From: Paecilomyces variotii
Taxonomy: Eukaryota
NCBI GenBank assembly: GCA_004022145.1
Contig: RCNU01000002.1
Strand: one strand, 5' to 3'
Length of the DNA: 64,000 bases
The notes beneath the pieces were generated by a model that made no database searches, was not told where the DNA came from, and was given only the letters and a program-made list of their open reading frames with translations. Below are positions 54,901 through 64,000 of the stretch, in pieces (the stretch's first letter is position 1; the number at the start of each line of letters is the position of its first letter). The translations under genes were made by a program, and so were the position numbers.

Positions 54901-57781
54901 AACCCAACGTCGTATGCACCCGTCCATTGCCCAATTAATTCGGGATACTCTTTACCCGAAGTTGAGCGACGCTCCATCTGTTTCGGAATACCCTGAAGTT
55001 ATCGGCGTCAAAAAGAGGCTATTTTGGCTTGACCACAGGAATCTCGAGATGGACGCGTCAAATATCGATGCTATGGCGACGTCCCATTGGAATCAGTACG
55101 AGATTGACATGACTACGGGGCTAGTGAACCATTTAATTCGCCAGGGCACATACAAAAGCACTGATATAGCTGTCCTGACCCCATATCTTGGACAGCTTCA
55201 CAGACTCCGGCAGAGGCTTGGTCAGTCATTTGCAATCACACTCGGTGAACGGGACCAGGACGAGCTCGAAAAGTCCGGATTTGAAGGAGAGAACAGTGCA
55301 GCAGCTCCAGCCATGAGAACTACATTACTTCAAGCCCTTAGGATCGCCACCGTGGACAACTTTCAAGGGGAAGAAGCCAAAGTGGTTGTCATTACGCTAG
55401 TCAGAAGCAACCCCCAAAACCGATGCGGCTTCCTGCGCACTTCAAATAGGATCAACGTACTGCTCTCCCGAGCACAGCATGGAATGTACATCATTGGGAA
55501 CTCACTAACTTATGCCCACGTTCCAATGTGGTCCAATGTGGTTGACATCCTCCGTCAAAGCGGCAATATCGGTACGATGCTAGAACTACAGTGTCCTCGA
55601 CACCCAGAAACACCAATTTCCGTATCTCGCCCAGATGATTTTCCACGAGTTTCACCCGAGGGAGGTTGTGACCTTCGATGTGTTCACCGTCTGTCATGTG
55701 GTCATGCCTGTCTGCAAAAGTGCCATTCTGACAATTTGCACAATGCGGTCTACTGTCTGGAGCCCTGCCAACGACCACTTAAGGGATGTGCTCATGGGTG
55801 TCCCAAGAAGTGTGGTGATCCTTGCCCATCGAAATGCACAGCCAATGTCTTCAAAAAAGACAGAATACTCGGATGCGGTCACTCAATGCAGAACCTGCCA
55901 TGTTGGCAAAGCCAGGACCTGTCTACCGTGCGTTGCACAGTGCTTGTCGAGAAAGAAGTACCTACTTGCCATCATACTGCCAGTATTCCTTGCCACGTTG
56001 ATGTCGCATCACTTGGATATTCCTGCAAAATGCAATGTCGTCAGTTATTACCATGTGGCCACAGTTGCCAGAACCGATGTATGGACTGCATTACCAAGGA
56101 CGCAGCTGGTAATGTTCAGATTAACCATGGCATCTGCAAACACCAATGTGGTCGAAATCAATCCACATGTGCACATGTGTGTACTACACCATGCCACGGT
56201 GATAGCCCATGCCCTCCTTGCGAACTACCATGCGATGTACACTGCGGCCATTCCAAGTGTATGCGAAAGTGCTATGAACCATGTGCTCCTTGTGCCGAAG
56301 AAAGGTGCCTTTCTACCTGCCCACACAGCACGTGCACGATGCCTTGTGCCGCACCCTGTGATCACGTTCCATGCTCGCGTCGATGTGAGAAACTACTTGC
56401 ATGTTGGCATCAATGTCCATCTGTTTGCGGGGAAGCCTGTGTAACCCCTGCCTATTGCCAGATATGTGCCAGTGAGGATGTTCAAAACCAGGTGGTTGAT
56501 TTCATCCTTGGAGAGACCTACAAAGAGATAAACCTGGACGAAAACCCATGCATCTTCCCCAAATGTGGTCATTTCCTCACCATGGAGAACATGGATGCGC
56601 TGATGGAACTGAGGCGACATTATAAAGTTGACGCTGATGGGAAACCCATTGCCATTTCATCCACATCAGATCCATTCTCCATGGAAGATATCAAGAGGTG
56701 TGCACATTGTCGTGGTCCACTAAGAGATATCGCCCGATACGGTCGCCTCGTGCGTCGTGCTCTTTTAGACGAGTCCACGAAGAAGCTGATTGTCTCGATG
56801 AATAGAGAATATGTGCCTCTTGCACAGGAAGTCTCACAGCAGATACAATTACTCCAAGACACGAATATTGGTGAAAGGAAACTTCCTTGGCCCAAGTCCA
56901 TCCAAATCAGAGGTACACGCAGTGAGCAGTGTAAGAAGATGAGGCAAATCATGAATCAACTAGTCCCAGGAAGGTGGAAGGCAATCCTCGATGTCCGCGG
57001 ACGTATTCATGATTACTGTAATCGTGTCGCTTTGGAGGAGCAACCTTTGATCCGAGTTTATAACATGGTTGAGTATGCACGGCGTCGCAATATCACGTCC
57101 AGATCGTTCGAGTTTGACAACAATATGCTACAAACGAAGGGTCTGTTACAGGGGACCGCACTCAGCCTCCGCGTGGACATTGCTTTGCTCTCAGATCTGT
57201 TGACGTTGAAACAGCGGACCTCTGGGGCTGATTATCAGGCTAAAGTTGAAATTTCTTTAGAAGAATCGATGACAGACTGTCGAAACTTAATACGTACGGC
57301 AGAGAATTCACAACGCGTCCCTCAGCAAGTCGAGGGCCATATCTTCCTCGCACAGCTCCACGCTCTAGAGCGTTCTCATGCTACATCTGCTGCTGCCGGG
57401 GAGGAGCATTTCAAGCATTGCCGGGCAGCTCTGGATCAAGCACGATTGCTTTGTGATTCCCATCCTGGACAAGCAAAAGGGCTGTCAGAAGAAGTCGAAG
57501 GAGTCGAAAAGATGCTTACCGGTTCCACATTCTATACGACTGTCACGAGCGAAGAGCGAATGGCGGTTGTTCAGGCCATGGCCAGGGAGTTCAGCGGCAC
57601 TGGACACTGGTACTATTGCCGCAATGGACATCCTTTCACCATTGGGGAGTGTGGAGCTGCCATGCAAAGGGCCGCATGCCCAGAATGCGGTGCACCCGTA
57701 GGGGGCCAACACCATCAAGCTGCTGAAGGAGTAACGCACGCGTCGGATATGGAGAGGGAGTTCGCCCGGATGAATTTGTAA
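51955..57781 (+). CDS. ZNFX1-like protein: CCCH finger, SF1 (Upf1-like) helicase, NF-X1-type Cys-rich repeats, C-terminal RZ finger
   Basis: Motifs PGGRHDND, FRLLRED, Walker A IQGPPGTGKS, YTNHALDQ, EEAGE, LIGDH.QL.P, SLFERL, QRRMHP, TVDNFQGEE and RINVLLSRA, followed by repeated CGH.C..C and the terminal GHWYYCRNGHPFTIGECG.AM....CPECGAPVGG..H. The 5' micro-exon (ATG 51955) is inferred via a GC-AG intron at 51969-52014. Confidence 0.9.
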
Positions 57782-58157
57782 TCCACAACTTTACATGCAG
57801 GAAATATGTTTGAGTTTGATCACGATGTTAGTATTGAGTCAGTTAGAAGCTTCAACCCAGTTCATTAAGTTGAGCATAAAAGCATACATCCACTCTTCCG
57901 TTGTTGCCCGTTTGGAATAGAAAGTAAGCACACGATCTGTGTTCAACCTGTAGACCAGACTAGGATGTGAGCTCTATGTAACTCATGTAACTCACTCGAC
58001 TTTGGATGTTAGCTGATCCTACGTAGGCTGATACTGTAAGGGGGCAGCGCTACTAAGACGGTTACCGTTGATATACTCTTTAGTAGGAATAATCCCGCCA
58101 CTTTTGCATTTATCCTATGGCATTGACCCATTTAAAAAATATAAAGAAGAAAATATC

Positions 58158-59188
58158 CTAATCTCTCAGGTGTTCGGCAAACCACAGAAGAGCCTGGATG
58201 AAAGCCGCCTCTTTAGCATAGCGGACGACGCTCTTACTTAGATCTCCACGGACCGCGAAGCTAGAAGAAATCAGCACGTTATAAACCACACACACGGGAA
58301 TACAATAAAGAGGACGTGTAACCAAGTACTTACCCATGCGCGACGCCGCTATAGAGACTGAGATGATAAGGCAGCCCGGTCTCTTTCAAGATTTGTTCAC
58401 TCTCATGACGTTTCTCCGGGGGGAAGATCGCATCTGTTTCTGCAGCTGCGATTGACAATGGTCCCTTGATATTGCGCAGCTCTTCTGCCTCGAGATAACT
58501 CGGATGTGCGGTATAGCCCGCATCCACCTTGCCGGGCTTGAGATGTCGCGCGACGTATTTACCACCAAAGCAGTAGCCAACTGCGCCAATTTTCTTATCA
58601 ACACAATGAGTGGTTAGCTCTGCAATTTACTGTCTCACACCACAAGATTACTTTAATGCACATACCTTGATTCCGTATTTGGACCGTAGCGCAGTCACGC
58701 AAGCATCAACAATCGGATCGACGGTCTCTGGCGTATGGGCAATGCCCTTAGGATGGTATTTCCCGTTGCGCCATCCCTGCATGTCGAAATCCCCTGGACG
58801 ATTCAGCGGGATGGGGTCGTTGTAAAATAGGTCAGGGACCATCACAACTAGTGGTGATAGTCAGCTCTCGCTTCTCAGCTTGGGGATATTGTGCAGGATA
58901 CGTACAATAGCCGTTTTCAGCAAATGCATCAGCAATAAGTTGAGCATTGATGAATCTGTGTCCAATCACGTCGGTCAAACTATAGGATGTTCAGCATCAG
59001 TGTCTCTAGGTATATCCGAGTTTGCTATGAGCGCGGGGTGTCTACATCAAAATGCCCTTGTCTGTGTCCTTGTTTTCGGGGCTGATGGTATAGATTTCAA
59101 TGTCGACGAGTTTACTCAGCGTTCCCTTTGCGGTGCCTTCATGCTTGACACCTTGATAGCAACAGAGTCCCGGAGGAAGAGAGGTCAT
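58158..59188 (-). CDS. Dienelactone hydrolase family protein (AIM2-like), multi-exon
   Basis: Motifs CCYQGVKHEG, DVIGH.FINAQL.AD.FA, VPDLF..DP, nucleophile GAVGYCFGG, AHPS, AAETD.IFP and YSGVAHGFAVR. Confidence 0.88.
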
Positions 59189-59677
59189 GGCTGCGATGGT
59201 TTAGAATAGGTAGAGAAAGACCGAGGAAGATTGCAACTTAGATGGAAGCAGTGGGAGCTAAAGTGATTGTGAAATCCTGGACTAGTGTTTATATCGTCAA
59301 TGATATGTGATGATTGCACAATTCTTTGTTCTCTGCGATGTAAACTTCGGAGGTCCGATGCTACCCCGCGGACGGAGATAAAATCTATCAGGAGTAACAT
59401 CGGCCGACATCGCCGAAACTGGATAGTTATCGTTATGTATTACGCGTGTGTTATTATGTTGAACTCTCATTTTTGACTATTTACAAGGATTTAAATGATT
59501 CTTCAGTGGCGATGGTTCATAGTTGGATATCCGGAGGCTAATTCCATCTGATGGTCATACCTGAGGTGCGAATACAGATGAGACATAAGAAAGTCGAACT
59601 ATAAGAGGATCAACCTAACATTGCTTCAATATCATTACTACTATATCATCCAGAATATCATTAAGAAATCATTCAGA

Positions 59678-60670
59678 ATGACAAAGAAGCTACCTCTGAC
59701 CTTTGCCTGCGGATCGTATGACCGGACAGACGACCTCGCGAAAGGAGAAATACAACCAGCTGGGATTGATCTGAACTACATCTCAATCGACCATCCCCGA
59801 GATATATTCGATCGCATGATCGGCGGGAAGGAGTTTGATGTCTCGGAAATGTCCTTATCGGAATATATCTGTCGGTATGCCGATGGAGAGCGAGATCTGA
59901 TCGCCATTCCTGTCTTCCCTTCAAGAGCATTTCGACATGGCTACATTACCATCAACACCGATCTGGTCCAGAAACCAACTGATCTGAATGGAAAACGCAT
60001 CGGGGTTCAACTCTATACTATGACTGCTGCTGTGTGGATTAGAGCCGCGCTGGCTGATGCTGGTGTTGACTTGTCCACCATCACATGGGTAGAGGGTGCA
60101 TTCGACAAGCCAGGACCTCACGGAAAGGTCACGCCAAAGCCTTTACTTCGTCCTGTGAATAGGATAAAAAACGAAAGTGGGAAGTCTCTCAGTCAATGCC
60201 TTCAGGATGGTGATGTCGCCGCTACCATTGGTGCTGAGACGCCTCCGTGCTTCGGGAAGGCCCCAAACATCCGACGCTTGTTTCCTGATACTAGGGAAAC
60301 AATGAAGAGTTATTTTCGACAAACTGGGATTTACCCAATCATGCATGTTGTCGTGATCAAGAAGGAAGTCGTTGACAGATGGCCATTCGTCGCGACTAGC
60401 ATGTTCAATGCATTGGACGACTCGAAAATCCTTGCCTTGCATCGCATGAAGTTCGGCGGCACGAATAAATACATGCTACCTTTCTTGCAGTCGGATCTGG
60501 AGGAGATAGAACAATTGTTTGGAGGAGATCCTTGGCCTTATGGCATTGAGAAAAACAGGAAGACTTTAGAGGCTGCTGTATCGTATCTTTATGAACAGGC
60601 AATGATCTCGAGGAAGATCCCAATCGAGGAACTATTTGCTCCTATCAATGGTCGTAATTTGAAGGTTTGA
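59678..60670 (+). CDS. 4,5-dihydroxyphthalate decarboxylase-like protein (periplasmic-binding-protein fold), intronless
   Basis: Motifs LTFACG.YDRT, IF.RM....EFDVSEMSLS, AIPVFPSR.FRH, L.GKRIGV..Y.MTAAVWIR, TGIYPIMHVVVI and DPWPYGIE.NR.TLE. Confidence 0.8.
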   Translation: MTKKLPLTFACGSYDRTDDLAKGEIQPAGIDLNYISIDHPRDIFDRMIGGKEFDVSEMSLSEYICRYADGERDLIAIPVFPSRAFRHGYITINTDLVQKPTDLNGKRIGVQLYTMTAAVWIRAALADAGVDLSTITWVEGAFDKPGPHGKVTPKPLLRPVNRIKNESGKSLSQCLQDGDVAATIGAETPPCFGKAPNIRRLFPDTRETMKSYFRQTGIYPIMHVVVIKKEVVDRWPFVATSMFNALDDSKILALHRMKFGGTNKYMLPFLQSDLEEIEQLFGGDPWPYGIEKNRKTLEAAVSYLYEQAMISRKIPIEELFAPINGRNLKV

Positions 60671-60838
60671 TCTTTTTTCAATAATCACTCTTTTCTGGTC
60701 TATCACATCGAAGGTTCTATGAAGTATTCTACAGGCTATATATCTTATTATAAAGAATCGACAGAATAATGCGGCATCTTGCGGGAAATGTTGCTATCGC
60801 TTCATGAAAGCGACCGTCATCCAGTAGTTGTATGTTTT

Positions 60839-61852
60839 CTAGTTAGTTGATGAAGTAGCCCCATTCGCCGCCTTCTTCTCTTTAATCCTCCTCTCCTCTC
60901 GTTCACTATATCGATCCGCAAAAAGATCTAGATGCGGCCTCATCAAAATCGTATATTTGACAAATTCCTCCATGCAATCCACCAGTCGATCCCTGTTTCC
61001 GCTAGGCATAAGCCGTTGATCACCAGGTTGTCCTTCATCGGGGAAATGTGTGTATGCCTTCGGAATTGAAGACTGGTTCGGGATGGTAAACATCCTCATC
61101 CACCTCCCGAGGATACGTAATGAGTTGACCGCATTGAATGATTGCGATCCGCCGCACACTTGCGCGATTGCAAGGGTCCTGCCCTGCGTTGGGCGAACAC
61201 TGCCGGTACTGAGTGGAATCCAGTCGATTTGGTTCTTGAATACCGCGGTCTTTTATATAAATAGAGTGTAAGCGTGAGATTCATCAAGCGTGAGATTCAT
61301 AGTTGGAAATGGAGAAAAAGAATCACTAACCAAGTTACCATGCTGTTCAGGAGAAACCCAAACATGTCCATCACTCCATACACTCAACTCCCTGAGCTCT
61401 TGCACCTTAGGATGATTATGCTCTCTATCATTCTTCACTGGCAACCCTTCCGGATCGAAAACGCGCACATCACAACCTAGCCGGAATAGTATCCGCGAAG
61501 CTTCATACGCAACAAGACGCGAATATGATCTCTTGCGAAGACTTCCATATAACACGAGGACTTTCAGTCTCTGATTCGTATTCCGCAGATCTTTCTCCGC
61601 CATGTCCAGCACGGTGGTTAATTCTAGGTCGTTAACCCAACAACCCTCGGCTCCGCTGTCCTCTTCGAGGATGAACGGACGATATTTCTGACGGATATCG
61701 CGGTCATCGTCCTTTTCTGATATTGCGAGAGATCGATATGTTTTCTCGCTTCCAGCGGTATATCCCATGGTTGTAAGAGAATATCTGTGGCGTGGTCTTG
61801 GTAAAGCCGGACGGGTGTTGAGTCTCAGGGATGCTCTGAGACCAGAATACAT
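60839..61852 (-). CDS. arsH: ArsH-like NADPH-dependent FMN reductase (arsenic resistance), 2 exons
   Basis: Motifs [85 protein letters not shown] and DRYSER. The start is either ATG 61852 or 61768. Confidence 0.9.
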
Positions 61853-62317
61853 GAGTAAAGACCGCACACCTCTTGAAATCCAATCCCCAGATATACAGAA
61901 ATTGAAATGTTTGAGGAAGCTATATTTTTGATATATATACAAAGAGAGATCAATAGCTCGCACGCAACATAGCCATGTCACTAGGAGATCCTGATTGGTC
62001 CCGCATAACCAAAAGTAGCAGGCTAAGCCACAAGGTAGAGGCGGATGTGGACGGCAAAAGAAAAACCCGCGATCTAATCGGATCGATAACCAATAAAAAC
62101 ATCATGGTGGCAAGATTTGCTGGTCACCGAATGAGGCTTTCTGCTAATGGATTCTCTGTGGACCTGCAATGATTAGTGATTTTATATGTCTAGATCCTCG
62201 TCGAGATTGAGGAGGATCATTTTCAGTGCTGCTGGCAACATCGAATTTTGATGGCAATAATAATGTCGGCTTATCCAACACTCCAGAACAGCAGACGTAG
62301 TCATTCAGTCTCTCCCT

Positions 62318-63596
62318 TCAGCTCTTTTCCTTGCGGGTTTTTGCCTTCTCGGGGATAGCAGGAGATTCAGATCTCAGTGCCTTCTGCATAGCTTCCTTAA
62401 CCACATCCTCTTTGATGGCCACTTCCAGGAGAAGCTCATCGCGTTCCCAAATGAGCTCGACCGCAGCGGCCACCGGGCCAGCCAGCAGTGCAAGATTAAC
62501 CAATTTCACTACCAAGGAAGTCCACCCGACCTTCCCCAGGATCTTCTTGTGCGCCGAAACATACATGCTGATCGCCCACAGCAGAACTCCTACGGAGCCA
62601 ATCAGCCAGTCCCACTGCAAGAAGATGTGTACACCTTCAGTAACAGACTGAACACGAAGCGTGGAATATTTCCAAGGGAATGTCAGGCCAAAGACCGCAT
62701 TGTGGTGCAACGCAGCCGCGTACTTCTCGCTAAAGAGGACGGGGACAAGGCTAGCAGATAGAGAAAGCACCACACTAGCGACGTAGGTGACGGATGCACT
62801 GGCAAATGCAAAGAAGTATACTCTGCGGAAGGCTCGTCGCAGCACTATGGGAGAGTTGGCCTTCTCCTTGGATGCGAAGGGCGACAGCACCACATAGACG
62901 GTGGTGAGCAGGACGGCAACGTAGATAGGCCATGGCTGCCAGATCGCAACGACGAGTTGCTTCTGGTCATAGGAAAGGAATTGCGGGGTTGGAAGGACCA
63001 TCAGTAAGGAAGGTACATGATACGCAATGAGGAAAACGAGCGGGATCGCATTAAGAATCACTGGCGGAACAGCGATCGCGCGAGCAGAAGGTGCTCCGAC
63101 AATTGGAGACAGCCACAGTTGAAAAGAAAAATACAATGGCGTTGCGAAGGCGTATGTGGCCAGTTGAGCAAGAACGCCATCAATTGACGAACTGTATTTT
63201 CCTCTCCCGTTAGACAGGGCCATGTTGATCCACAGAGGCATAATGGGAGGCTTACAGAGATATTATTGACCAGCTGTTAGCGTTTCTCCATGACTCCAGA
63301 ACAACCAGGACCCAGGCAGCGCCCAGAGAGCCTGAAAAGTTGATTGCCTGCAGGGTCAAGGACGGGTTGCTGCCATCGAATACAGTCCAAAAGAATGCCC
63401 CCAGGAGAGTCAAGGTACTGTCAACAGCTTCTATACCCGCATAGATCGTCCTTAAAGGCTCCTTTGTGCCCGGCAGTGTCTTGGCGAGTATCGACTGGTC
63501 AACAAGCTCAAAGAGGCCATTGTCGCGTGAGAAAATCCATATCGCGTAGACGGCAAACGCGCTCAGGGCTGGCAGGATGTATTTTACAATTCTCAT
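62318..63596 (-). CDS. AtmA/PaxA/CtvD-like integral membrane protein (putative epoxide hydrolase/cyclase family), 2 exons
   Basis: Motifs LPGT.EPLRT.YAGI..VD..L..L..FFW, VLESWR..N, Q......PLY, A.WQPWP and FLQWD, with GP..A...L.WERDE near the end. Confidence 0.65.
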
Positions 63597-64000
63597 GGTG
63601 CAACCGTGCTATCGCTGGTGGTCTATCCCAGGAAGTTGGAACAAGCTTTAGAGGATGATATTCCAGTTTCCAGCACAGCTTAACTCTGCATCCAATTCGA
63701 CGGGTCTTGGAGTTGAAACACGCTGCCAATTAAGTATGTGGGCGCAGAATTGTTTGGGTACAGCCACGGTGAAATCCTTTATCATTTCTCCATGTGATGC
63801 GTCTGCAGCTAAGATCGGGCCGAGGTGTACTTAGAACAAGGCGGCAACTGTGATGATACTCTTCCGCCATTTTGCATGCGGACTGACTAAAGCCTTGCAG
63901 CCCATGATCTGGAGGACACTGGTTGAATGTCTCATTTGCTCGGCAATCGACTTCTTTCCATCCCATGTGAAGACTTCGATAGCGATATACGCGGTTCCCC

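Noticed and set aside
50400-64000. Starship-type giant element cargo (arsH and accessory genes)
   Set aside because: No tyrosine-recombinase captain gene or element boundary is visible in the window.

Overview
Intron-containing filamentous-fungal DNA; gene content and intron style suggest Eurotiales, which is an inference. After a core GPI mannosyltransferase gene (GPI10/PIG-B-like) there is a 7-gene cluster at 3.5-19.3 kb. It encodes aspartate kinase, a GPR1/FUN34/YaaH transporter, aspartate-semialdehyde dehydrogenase, a Zn2Cys6 factor, a divergent O-acetylhomoserine sulfhydrylase-like PLP enzyme, a nitrilase and homoserine O-acetyltransferase, with a shared CGGYGTT motif in all four promoter regions. 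My best hypothesis is a dedicated pathway that makes O-acetylhomoserine, gamma-substitutes it with cyanide to give 2-amino-4-cyanobutyrate, and hydrolyses that to glutamate + NH3. I know of no such cluster described in fungi, but could not search. The middle holds small hypothetical genes, two MFS transporters, a methyltransferase and a DUF6314-like gene. At 36.3-46.6 kb is an aspterric-acid-type cluster (astD DHAD self-resistance gene, astA cyclase, two P450s) with an extra intronless P450 beside it. The right end has a ZNFX1-like helicase, a dienelactone hydrolase, a 4,5-dihydroxyphthalate decarboxylase-like gene, arsH and an AtmA/PaxA-like membrane protein. Gene models were spliced by eye, so the coordinates are gene spans including introns. 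Family calls come from motif recognition, not database searches.
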